Assembly: GCF_964204645.1 (NCBI RefSeq)
Contig: NC_134025.1
Coordinates: 15,438,001 to 15,502,000 of the forward strand
DNA from: Tubulanus polymorphus
Taxonomy: Eukaryota > Animalia > Nemertea
Reading direction: 5' to 3'
DNA length: 64,000 bases
Positions within the stretch are counted from its first letter, which is position 1. Each line of letters opens with the position of its first letter. The position numbers were made by a program, and so were the translations under genes. The notes beneath the pieces were generated by a model. The model was given only the letters and a program-made list of their open reading frames with translations, did not search any database and was not told the DNA's origin. This document shows, in pieces, positions 13,591 through 25,443 of the stretch.

Positions 13591-14081
13591 TAAGCCCGGC
13601 ACATACGCAGCAATTTTTAGTCGCCGGTAGCTGCGACCGATTTTTAAGCAACCGTTGAGCAATCAATCGCTTGGTGTCGCCCGTCTGCTACCACTGGTGA
13701 AGGAGAAGCATTATTTTCCCCACCAAACATCTGTATCAAGTGGTTTGTCAAGATGGCCGCGCTACTGCCTCAGAGGTCACCGTATTTGGAACTATCAGAT
13801 GATAATTTTTCGCTCTCTCATTGGCTAGTTGATGAGTTGCTTGTCACTTGGCTTCTCCAGTTACCGCTCATGGGCAACTCCCGAGTGATCGGTGAGCAAT
13901 TCTCAGCAACGAGCAACTTTCTGTCGCCCAAAATCAAACAGTTTGATATCGGGCAACGAGGAGCAAATCCTTTTGACTACCAGCAATCACCGCACATGAG
14001 CAATTTTTTCGTTCAACGCCAAGCAATTCGGACGGTTGCTCGAAAATTGCTCAAAATCGTCGCCCGTCTGCGATAGGCTTT
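13591..14081. mobile_element. Probable PIF/Harbinger-like MITE nested in the Academ element
   Basis: GC-richer block with inverted gcaaccg/cggttgc subterminal motifs and taa/tta flanks. The TIRs are degenerate. Confidence 0.4.
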
Positions 14082-15014
14082 ACGTTCACACCTTTGAAAA
14101 ATATACCAGCATATTTGGTGTATGTGTCATGACTGATATGCTATATTCTACATTTCAATATATAATAAGTTACAGTTTATGGTTTTGTATAAAGTATTCT
14201 CAAGTTGGCATCCAATAATATCACAATCTATTCTCAATCAACTGTAAAATTTTAACCAACCATATAATCATGTACGCTATATACAGTCCTCTAAATAAAG
14301 CCGTTAGACATTCGAGTTCATATTACTACACCGTGTTGGTCGTTTACATTAGGTCCGCCGCATTCCAGACAGTATGTGTGCAATTCAGAATGTGGGAAGT
14401 CAATCATTTCCAATTAGTATTGTAAGATATCAGCACTAGGACAAATCAATCATAGCACTGTAGGACAAAAAGACAGTACCTACATTGGATTTCAGGCGTT
14501 ATAGATAGAGGGCTCTGACTGAAATGAATGCGAAGATTTAATAAAATAAGTTTCGGGTTCAATTTAAATTGTTCTGATACAGTTAATACGCTTTCACGTG
14601 GCCCAATATAGAATTTTAAGTATGGGATGATAATTTTGACCTTTTGTGACCTACATAAAGAGCCTAATTTGCATATATCATATATCATCTAAAATCATTT
14701 TAATACCTTCATTTTGACGGATATTAAATTATCATAGCATCAAGATTCAACGAATCAGAGGCTGTTCAAATTTTGTGACCTTTTGACCTCTGGTGACCTA
14801 GGAAAAATACACAATTTGCATCTAGCATATATCAACTGAAAAAACATTCCAATACCTTTATTTTGGTGGGTTTTACATTGTCAAAGCATCAACGGTCACC
14901 AATTTACAGCCATTCGAATTTCCTATACTCAAAATCTGATGGTAGGGAAAGTGCATCCCTGAGACTTGAATATTAACAAGTCCTAATACCAGAGATTACA
15001 AGTATACCTATCGA

Positions 15015-17255
15015 AACAAGAGCCCCAAGGGGCACAATGGCCAGCCTGTCAGATTTGCTTTTTATAAATGATGTAATCTGTGGGTTATATTTATCAATAT
15101 ACACTCCCTGCTCAATATCATTTACATAGTAAAATCGTGTGTTAACACAGACAGCAGGAACGAATGTAATATAGAAATACTAAGTTATTGTATTGTTCAA
15201 CGCCCCCTGGTGGCCATAAAAAAACCAATGGGCTTGAAACTCACCTCGATCATAGAACATGTTATGAGCTACAACTTTCCAATTGATTATAGTAGCAAAA
15301 TATGCTTAAGTATCAATTATGATGTGGAAAAACTTTTTTTCCACCTACGAATGAGTACTGATGACCCCAAGATGGCTGCCAAGTGCGTCATAATTGCCTG
15401 GTCAAAAATACCCTCTCAGATATAAAAGATCCCTTTCCAAAGAATACCCATTACAAATTGCAATGAAACATGGCGCACCATTAGAAAGCTACAGTACTCA
15501 GAATTCAGGCCAAAATTGACATTTTTGGGAACAAAAAAGGTCACCGTACGGCCATCTTGAGTCCGATCGACTCAATTTTTCTCATGCCGATGGGCCCTCG
15601 GGGGATACAAATATATACGAATGATCAAGGTTATTGATAAAAGTGTCTTCAAAATTTCCCTCGAAAACTTCAAAAATGTGTAAAAAGTGCTGATTTTGGC
15701 GAACAACAATGGCTGCAAGTCGGCCATCTTGAATCTGACAGGGCCAGTTTTTGGCCTGAAGATGTGTCTAGGGTAGATACACGTATAAAACAAATATCAA
15801 GACATTACCTTGAAGCGTCTTCAAAACTTTGGAACTCTCACGAACTATCTAGATGGTTATCTCTCGACCTCAATAGCTTCAAGACCCATCTCAAAACAAC
15901 TTAGTTCCATGCAGCATACCATGAACTCTCGGAAAGCGAATTGTATTTAACATTTTTTGGCAGAATAAAATTTGATTGAATTTGCAATTCGGGCACATGG
16001 CTAATTAGCATATCAAGGTCATACACCCGATTTGGTAAAACCTTTTTTTCGCGAACCTTGCGCAATTGTCAAGGATGAATTTTCTGTAGAGCAAATAAAA
16101 ATTCCTCCCAAACACCAAATCAACTAAAGATTTCATAGAAATCGATCTTGAAATACAATTTTAAATCTTAAAATAAAACCCGGAAGTAAAACAGTAGACG
16201 ATACCGCGGATTCACGTGAACACCTGATTTCTGTAAACGAAATGTTGGTTGTGACAAAATTGTTCAGACGGTTTTAGGTGGTAATAAGTTCGGAAACGTA
16301 ACGACCATGGTCGACTTATTCGATGAAATCAGGCCTATGTGATATCCAAATTTTGACTTTTTTATTCTCCAGACCTCCCTGATATAGAAATAAAAAATTT
16401 TGGTGGTACGAAAGTGCAATCACAGCGCCGACGGGGACAGAGCCGTGTCAGAGATCGGCGGAGTGAAAATTGAGGTGGACGAACATGAAGAAGTAGGCTA
16501 TTGCGCTACTTGAATCACGAAAACTCCTGGCGCGGCCCCGACGCTTTTCGTTGATTAAGTAATACAAATATCATGCAATGGGTTTTCACAATCTACCGCT
16601 GGTATTTACCGGATTTCAATATCACTCCAAAATTCAAAGAAACCTCGAAATATCGAACCGGAACACTTCCGGTAGATATCCGCGGCTGCCCAACTGGGAA
16701 ACTTATTTGTTTCAATAGATATTGATAGGATCCATCATCTTCACCCGTCAAGGGATTCGAACCCACTAAGCTAAAGCCATGCCAGAATTGGGTCGGGCCA
16801 ATCACAGCGCTTGTAACAAACCACATTAGGCTTCTGTGGAATTTCCCAGTAAATGGGCCAATCAGCGAACACGTAGCGAACGCGGAAGTATTGTCGCGTG
16901 TTGATACATGACGTCATGCGCAAAAGCGCCAGTAATGAAATCGCGATAATTCACGTGAACAGCTGCTGATATTTTCAGATAAACCAATCACAGGGAAGAC
17001 ACAACTTCCTGATTGGCTGATAAAAATTGAAATTTTCCCGATTTAACTTTCGTGAAAAATGCAGAAAACATTTTTATGAGACCCTATTTCAAAATTCTGC
17101 TCGCTACGATTCCGAGAATGGATTACGCTTAAATACGTGATTTGTTCGAATATGCCCTCACTTGGCAAGCAAAAGAGCCTTTTGTGTGGAAACCATGTCA
17201 TTTAAATTCGCTCCATTTGTATAGTAATAGGCTCAGCCTACGGCTGGCCTAAAAA
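15015..17255. mobile_element. Helentron-associated non-autonomous element (HINE/DINE-1-like) with nested fragments
   Basis: Starts acaagagccccaaggggc with subterminal ggccagcc. Ends with hairpin gctcagcc-tac-ggctggcc and taaaaa. Internal aagatggc/ggccatctt repeats are present, with an L2-like tail fragment at ~15830-15940. Confidence 0.65.
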
Positions 17256-18179
17256 TGTGGTTTCGTCAACTGGTGGTAGGGGTGCTAAGAGGGCCTACCT
17301 AGGCCACCGACTACCTTTGATAAATCTCACGAGCATCCACTTGGTATTCGCCCACTCCTGTTTATCCCCAACGTGACAGCCCCCTTCACTTTGTTCCAGT
17401 CCCTCGTTGTTTCCATGTCCCTAAACCATTCTAAACCTGTCGACCTCTTTTTCTGCATCGAGGCTATCTCATATTTGTGGTCCCCACTTGCAGATTTTCT
17501 TCATCTTCTTCTTTTCATTTGACAGCATCTCTTTCAGTAGAGCTCTTAGATATGGCAATTAATTTCTTGCCCTTGGTTGGCTTCACAGCCTTTCGCCTCA
17601 GGCTAAGTGTCACCTCTTCATCCAACTCCCTCGCCAGTTGAGCCTTCATGTATTGATCCGTCACATCCCCTCTTGTGATAGCGGCATGTTTTCTGCTTCG
17701 CGGTCAGACTCTTTTCATGGAATCCAGGGCTTTAGCCTGGGAGATACCCTCTATCAGGCAGTTATTCGTGGTCAAATTCATCCAATGATTTTCTTTGTTC
17801 GTTTTTGCAGATTTTGTTATGAATTTTTGGGAAGGACTTAATGATACTGAGTATGCAGTGTATTAAACCAGGTAGTGTTGTCATCAAACACGATGAAGGC
17901 CCTAGGCTTAAGTGGAAACCTAGACTCATTACATACAATGGCTCATTGTAAAATTGTATTTGAAATGTTCTGTTTATTGTACAGAATCATATTATTTGAA
18001 ATCTATGTAACCGTCTTTGCTCGCAGGAGTGTCACAACAATTCATGAATACTGAGGATTTATTGTGCGAGACACATTTTCTAGCTGTCAGTCGTCTCTAG
18101 GTCACATGACCTTTATGTATACAAGATAACTTGCAAAAATAAAGGTTGTTCTGTTATTTCGTTGCAACTGGTCCTTATT

Positions 18180-18630
18180 GTTACTGGATTATAGTTATGA
18201 TGTTCGTTACAAATGCGAGATGAGACACCACCACCCTGTATGCCCTAACATTGCGTCACTTAAAAGGGTTTTCAATACAGCGTCCTTAATAGTCACTTTA
18301 GGGACGGGCTCAAAAATTACAATTTATCCGATTGATGAAATAAGCACATCTGAATTTACTCATCAGATGGGTTAGGTTCCTGCCATGCATTACCCATAAT
18401 GAAGTGAAAATTTAAATTGGCGCATTAAGTTTTGACTTTGTTACTGATACTTTGTTTCTTCGGCCATGCATTGAAGTTAAGCCACACTAACGAAGGCTGT
18501 CAACTTTTCACTATTAATCATTTTGTCATTTCCAAGGATGGTTTCTTTTCAATGAATTCCAAAATTTCTCGCTTTTCTTTGCAAGTTCTTAAAAACTTTT
18601 TGGCTCCATTTTTTCGATCACTCTACTGAG
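18180..18630 (-). pseudogene. Possible highly degraded pogo/Tigger transposase N-terminus
   Basis: The peptide TCKEKREILEFIEKKP resembles a psq-type HTH. The rest is very decayed. Confidence 0.25.
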
Positions 18631-19949
18631 GCTCTAGTAATATGAACGCGCACGCGAGATGAGGAAAGTATAACATGCATGTAGCGATTTTTTGTGTATA
18701 ATTACGTGTGATGAACCTATTCGGGACTATTTCAAGACAGTATGGCATGATTAATAAACAGTGTTGCACCTGTTGATTTATACATTAATTTGTGCAGTGA
18801 AGAATTAACTAATATTATTTTATGTATGAGCAAAATTGACAGGCAAAATAGTGACGATTAAGGCAAAAATGATGATTTATGAATGATGAATTAACCACAA
18901 AAAACATCAAGGAAATAATAAAGCATTTATCTGTACTCTGATTCAGTCAGAATGATGAATTACACGCTGACAGTTAAAGCAGGGTCGGGTCGACTGTAAT
19001 AATCTGAAGCGGAATTACAAATTAATCGAGAATGTATCTAAAACAATATAAAGGATACATTTTCACCGAGCGGTGGCAATTCCAACATGGATGGAGCTTG
19101 AGTTAGGCGAGTAGTCACAGTACCTGTAAACAATGATAATTGTCCATGGGCCAAGAGATTTACCACAGCCTTATGAAATGCTCGACATAATTCAACATAT
19201 ATAAAAAAACGAAAAAGCCAAGGGCACTCGAGCGTATTTTTCTGCCCGATCGCGACGATTCAATTCGCCAGCGAATTCGTGATGAATTTATACGCCCGAT
19301 AAGAGCGAGCACACCGAATTCAAACCAAAAATTCTGACAGCGTACATCGTTTAATGAGAGTTGATTAGTAAATTGGGTGAAATTAACAATGCATACATAC
19401 TATCAGTTGATAAAAACAGATTGCTCGGCGGAAGCCGTCGAGTGTGGGCAGACGAGCGAATTTGCCTCGAACCGGGCAATTGAGTCGGCTGATACTCGTA
19501 TGCCCCTACTTCGTAGAGATGCAATTTGCAAGATACAAGTAAATTCGGTACCAGTCAGAAAGATGAACTGAGTCACGAAAACACGGCAGAGCCGCAGTAA
19601 CCTCACTTCACCGACAAATTCGTCAGTAACATATGACCGATTTCATCGCACCTCAGCTGTGACTGATGGTACAGTAAGGTACGGTGAGAGAACCGAGCGT
19701 CAGACGATATGCAAGTAAAACACTCGTGAACTGCCGACACGATGCCCATTCAAAGAAGGGATCGTTGTACACTAGCAGTAATGATGACTAGTTATATCCT
19801 AAACAATACTATTTCACCTGTCCGGTGTTTTCTATATGCAAATAAGTATTGTGTAGAATTCATTGGCATAATTAGCGCTAGAAATGATATCAACCTATTC
19901 AATTGTGCCGCCATTTTGTTTGTGAAGTAACGCACACCGGATGATCCAC

Positions 19950-22024
19950 CCCAGTTAACATTTGTAGTCAGCCCGATGTCAGCATTGAGTAAGACGAAGT
20001 TGGCATTTGGACGTGGGTTGGCAAGGAGCCGGCTTCGCCGTCGGGCCAACGTTTCCACGCCGACCCGGGGGGGCGAATACTTATTTCGGATGCATTCGCT
20101 CTAATTTAAGCATAATATATGATAGTAAATATTATGTAGGTATATGTATAGCATAGTTTTTTTTCAAAATTATTAATTCATGATACGGTCATCTTTTCGT
20201 CGTTGGCCCATTAACCTTATGCCGACCAAGATGGTGGTGCCCTCTTTCGCCCCATTTGAGAATTATTGAAATAAGGACGATATCAATACCTCAGTTATTA
20301 ATCAATGATACACATATACGTTTGATTATGTTATTAAAAAAGGTTGTTAAACTGAATAAAAAATTGAAAGTTTTGTTTTTTTATGAGGCCGGCGTGGTGC
20401 ACAGATCTTCCGCCGCCATTTTGGTTCCATTCTGTTCGCTCTTTTGTTCGTATTCTTTGTTATCAAAATCGCTATTCATCAGTCTTCTAGTTGTAACAAG
20501 TGTAATTACAAGTTTTACATTCGGTTAGTATTATTGTGTTTACATGGCATTCGATATTTACGGCTGAGTTCGTTCAATTTTAAAGCCTATTTGAAGCGAC
20601 ATCAAATTCAATGCATTTTATTGCTAAAATAACACTTAAAATGATTAGGTTATTAGAACTATTACGTTGTAGTGACAAATTAGTAACAAATTGATTGACT
20701 CAGGTTTATTAGCTGATATCATGGATACATCATCAGGTTTTAGGGCATTTTGAGCTAGTACTAGGCTGCTGCCTACGCTGTTGGACTGAAAATGAGAAAT
20801 ATCCCCAAAAATCGCGATCCCAGTCCAAGACGAAAAGAATAGACTTTAGCTAGACCTAAACTGACTCATTACTATGATCTCTATGAAGTTGATACAATTT
20901 ATAAATACAATTATTATACCAGTTTATTTTTCTTTTAGGCTTGTCACAACCATTGAGAAATTTCGTGAGGAAAGGATGTTGGGGCATGTTCTACAACAGT
21001 ACAACGGACGTATTTACTGGTGACATTTTTAGAAGCTGTATGGATGATCTCTTCTCATAAAAGACTCCAACAATGATTGAGCGGTGAATGAGGGAATTGG
21101 GGATGCATCAAACTTTGGCTTAAACACGCTAAAATCCTAAAAATTCTGTAGTTTTGGCAAAGAATTAAACAGCAGTTGAAACCTGTATACATAACAATTC
21201 ATATGTGTCCCCTGCTTTAATACAGATCTTACCATTATCTTTGTAGTATGAAAGGATTTATTTTTGTATTATGTGATACTTATTAGAAAAAAAAGTGTGG
21301 ATTTTTCTAAAATTCTTAAAAAACACTTAGATGAGTCATCTAAGTGTGCATATTATTCAGGCATTAATCATACAGATATTGCTTTTTTTATTTGTTAATA
21401 ATGTCTTAAAGATAGTTCAAAATCGTTGTTATCAATCTAAGTAATGCTTTTCAAACGACTTGGTATTATATGAATATCATATGATCAGCGAGTTATCAAG
21501 TTGAAAAATGGTGACATTTCTTTTTTTTTAATTACTTTAATAATTTATCTCAAAATCTATGTAAACTGTTTAAAATTATGTATTGATTTTTGTTTCGCTA
21601 CTAAAGGAAAAGAACTTGTACATGTAATTCTCTATAGTTGTCTCAGGTATCTTATGGAAGAGGTTCCTCAAACTCAGTTCCTGGATGACGTTGGCAAACA
21701 GTTGGGGAATCGACAAATATGGACGGGGTTTGGTCAGAAAATGGTCGGTGAGGTTGGCAAACGGTCGGGGAATCGACAAATATGGACGGGGTATGGTCAG
21801 AAAAGGGTCGGGTGAGGTTGGCAAGCGGTCGGGGAACTGACGGACATACTATTAGGCAGTCGGCAAAACGTTGGCATTATGTCGGCAAAGTGACGAAAAC
21901 TGAACTCGGGCCGACCATTTTCCGACGAGCACTCCCGACGGTGGGATGACTACGACACCGACTAAGGGCCGACCATCTTGCCGACTTTATTTGGACGTCG
22001 GGCTGACTAACAATGTTGACTGGG
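19950..22024. mobile_element. Non-autonomous EnSpm/CACTA (CMC) element
   Basis: TIRs cccagttaacatttgtagtcagcccgatgtc and gacgtcgggctgactaacaatgttgactggg give CCCAG...CTGGG ends. There is an exact 2-bp TSD (AC) and subterminal ~61-bp tandem repeats at 21685-21850. Confidence 0.85.
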
Positions 22025-22739
22025 ACCTCATTCAATAATATGACGTCATGGAAGTCAAAACCGGGTCAACACAAATTTTCATATAACCAAGATTTTAGGG
22101 GTTTCGTCTTTGAAAGCCCATAACTACCGAACAAAGCGTCGATCTCGGCGGTATAAAGTTCTTTCGAAGCAAATAGCATTGAATTTTCACATGTGTAATT
22201 TTGGACGTTTATAGATCCTGCATAAAAAAACGTGCTCAAAATAAATCGAATTTTTGAAACTTTTTGGTAAATTTCTAAAAAAATATGGTTGCGCACCATC
22301 AGACCTGCCAACCCTGAATTTTTTCCAAGTAACACATCTTAAATTTAAGTTTTTTTCAGAAATTTCTAAGGAACCAACCTTCAACTGGTAATTTTCATGA
22401 AAAATAAGTAGTTTCCTTAACTAAACACAAAAATCAAAATTTCATCTATCAAAATCAAATGTTTTTTCGGTGGGACCTTCTTCCGTCGTACGTTCTGTCT
22501 CAAGTTTAGAATCGTGTGTGTCACTAGGCTCAGATTGATATGATGGATTTGAAGAAAACTCTGCATCAGACATGACAGAATGATCCTCACCAGACACCAT
22601 TTTTGATTCAACGCAGATGGCAGTAGCTGACAGAACTTCATAATAGCGGGTCACAAAGCAGGCAGTGTTCCGCCAAAGATCATCGAAAATTTACTCTGGC
22701 GTGAGTGTAGGGTATTAAGCATACGAATGATAATCGATC

Positions 22740-22780
22740 GGCCAGACCGTTGACATAGGCTTGCTAACGCAAGCCAAAAA
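22740..22780. mobile_element. HINE/Helentron-type terminal hairpin (other end not located)
   Basis: ggcttgc-taac-gcaagcc followed by aaaaa, the same architecture as the ends near 17250 and 49880. Confidence 0.45.
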
Positions 22781-23079
22781 CTGAAAATTTCATATTCATC
22801 TAATCAGGACAGGCGCATTGGAAGCAATTATTGATCGGCATTGCCAGTTGTTAATTTTTGACAGGTTCTAATATATTGCCATGGTGAATTTACTTCAATG
22901 TCTAAAAAAACATGGTATTCAAAGAAAAAAAAAATGTCATTCTGTAAATTAAACTGCGGCTGTTCTTCCACCACCCATGCATAAATTTCATCTTTTCTGA
23001 TGGGTTTCTTCAGGAGTATCTAAACCCTATGGTGGAATTCCGCCTTTTGGCCTTGGGCTTGGCTGGTTACTTTACTTAC

Positions 23080-23166
23080 CTGCGGGATGAAAGAAATGAT
23101 GAGTCCTTGGATTAAATACACCACTTTGAATTTTGTAAGGCATGAACAAAGCAGGTAATGTTACTT
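23080..23166 (-). CDS. Host gene internal exon ((E)VTLPALFMPYKIQSGVFNPRTHHFFHPA)
   Basis: tttcaatttcag acceptor and G|gtaagt donor, 87 nt, phase 1-1. It joins in frame to exon 27642-27804. Confidence 0.7.
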
Positions 23167-24525
23167 CTGAAATTGAAATTGAAAAAAACTTTTAATTTCA
23201 ATAAAGCATTTGCAGCATCAGTAACAGAAGATTTTTGTTTGATCTAATTGGGTCCCATACTTAAAAGTTGAAATTTTTTATTCATAGCTCTTGACTCATT
23301 GGCTGCCAAACAAGTACATATACATTCAATATCTCCCATCACTAGCCTGCCAAAACCGTACTGGTACGGTTGACTTATTTCTTAATTCTAACAATAGATG
23401 GCAAATTCATCACGCAACACAAGTCCAGTTAGTTTAATGCCTTTTACTATTAAAACAGACTACCATCAGTCATTTTATGGAGTGTGTTAGTGACGTCATC
23501 TATTGAAATGGGGGCTGAACACCAATGAATGGGCATATTTTCAGCAAAATATCCCCTCTGCACTGGTGATTGCTGCAGATTTTATGGCTATTAGAAGAAA
23601 TGCCGCTTATTTTATATGAAAAAGCTAGGCCAGATGAACAAAATAAAATAAATCTTATGAAGATATCTCATCTAGTTTTTGTTTTAAGAATCTCTGAAAA
23701 ACACGGATATCCTAGCAAAGCGCATTTCCTGAAAAATAAGCCTGGTAGGCAGAGTTAAATTAAAAGCAGATGAATAACAGGCCACAGCAAAAACATTTCA
23801 GAGGAGCCGAAAAAATATGTGTATAACACATTCAAACGTTAGCGAAAATCTCTAAAAATATTGCCATATTAAATCTTTCAATGAAAAATTAACATAAAAC
23901 AAAGGCCTTGTAATGACAGTTTATTTGTTATCACAAGAGAAGTTATTGTTGTAACAACATAAACAAAAATGTTTGAGCAATTTTACTTAAGAACTTAACA
24001 GTTTAAGTTTTTTGAAAAATCGAGAAAGTGTTTTTTTCTCAGGATGGGTTACTCATTACTACAAGCCTAATATGAATATGCTAAGGGATTTTAACTAACT
24101 TATACAACTTATTCTATTCGTCACACCAACAACAAGAAACAAACTAATATGAACTTGCCTAAATTTACACGATAGATATGTTTAATCATGGACTCCCCTG
24201 GTTTAATCGAGTACCAAAATGAAATTTTGGTAAACATCCTCTAGAGTTTAAGCAGAACAAAGGAAAAGGAGTGAAAACTCTATTGGATTAATTTCAAATG
24301 ATGGGAGAAATCTGACTTCTTATAGGTAATTAGAACAAAAACAGCAACAGAAAATATCGAGGAAAAAATTGCAGAATTTCCGAGGATTCGTGCCCTAAGT
24401 AACTAGAAAAGCCTAAAATGTCCCCCATTCATCGAATCAAGAAGTTTTTATGAAAATCTGCTTAATGGCATGAGCTCTCCGTGTAGCACTATACCAGTTG
24501 TAATCACGCACAACTGCATGATGAT

Positions 24526-24783
24526 TCATCGCAAATATACATGGTAGTGGGTTTTCCCTGATGACTCAAATAGATACTCTCCACCTGCATGGTGTGAACG
24601 TGGATGCTGAAAGATTTCATTTATCACCTGTGCACGAAGTTTGTTAGACAAATCATTTTCGTAAACAAAGGTGCCCATGGGCACTGTTAGATTCAGTGCA
24701 GAAGATAGTGAATTGAAGGAGTTAATCATATCCACCATACTAGACCATGACATTGCTTCAGTAAGGTGCTCTATCAGCTTATA
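24526..24783 (-). CDS. Orphan terminal-exon-like ORF (YKLIEHLTEAMSW...HYHVYLR*)
   Basis: 86 codons including the stop, starting directly after an ag acceptor with a pyrimidine tract. Its link to the host gene is unclear. Confidence 0.3.
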   Translation of the reverse strand, partial: YKLIEHLTEAMSWSSMVDMINSFNSLSSALNLTVPMGTFVYENDLSNKLRAQVINEIFQHPRSHHAGGEYLFESSGKTHYHVYLR

Positions 24784-25443
24784 CTTGACATAAAAGGAAA
24801 TGCATGTTACAAAAGGTATAAGGTAATTGGATTTTAAATGACGAACAGTTGTTTATAAAAGGAAGAGAAGGTAAATACGTAACACATTTTAAGTAGACCT
24901 AATAGATTTTGCAATGAAATACATATAATCATTAAAAATTATAAGCCTCCTAACAAATTATAAGGTCTCGTTAAATCAAAATCATCTCAGATGTCATTTA
25001 CATTTTTGTTGCTGAAGCTGAAATCAAATCTACTACAAATTCACTGACATGGCCAACTACAGCAACTTTAAGTTATTTGATAATTTTGAGCCTGTGACTG
25101 AATGCCTACACTAATGACCTTTTTGGTTGGAAATACAGATTTTCTTGGAAATATAACGGAAAAAAATAAGTGTGAAAACTGTATTGGGTTGAATTCAAAC
25201 GATGGGAGAACTTACTTTTTGCAAATAATTAAGATGGAAATATCAAGAAAAACATCTTTGTTAAAAATTAAATCTGATGTAAACACCAACCAGATGTTTT
25301 TGGCAGGATTTCAGAGGAAATCCATGTGAAAAGCGCTATACATGCAGTAATAACACACAACTAAATGATGATTCATCATGGATATTCATAGTACAGTAAA
25401 CTCCGGTCCAACTCCCCACTGCCAGTATCTTTTATTCAATTAA

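Larger units (their letters stand above)
8500..15010 (-). mobile_element. Academ (AcademX-type) DNA transposon, full-length and degenerate
   Basis: TIRs at ~8500-9210 and ~14517-15010 begin TAGGTATACTTGTAATC and end GATTACAAGTATACCTA. Flanks tcgt/tcga form an imperfect 4-bp TSD. The interior holds a broken transposase plus XPG-like nuclease. Confidence 0.85.

Noticed and set aside
21685-21850. Tandem repeats as a CRISPR array
   Set aside because: No unique spacers, no cas genes and a eukaryotic context. They are EnSpm subterminal repeats.
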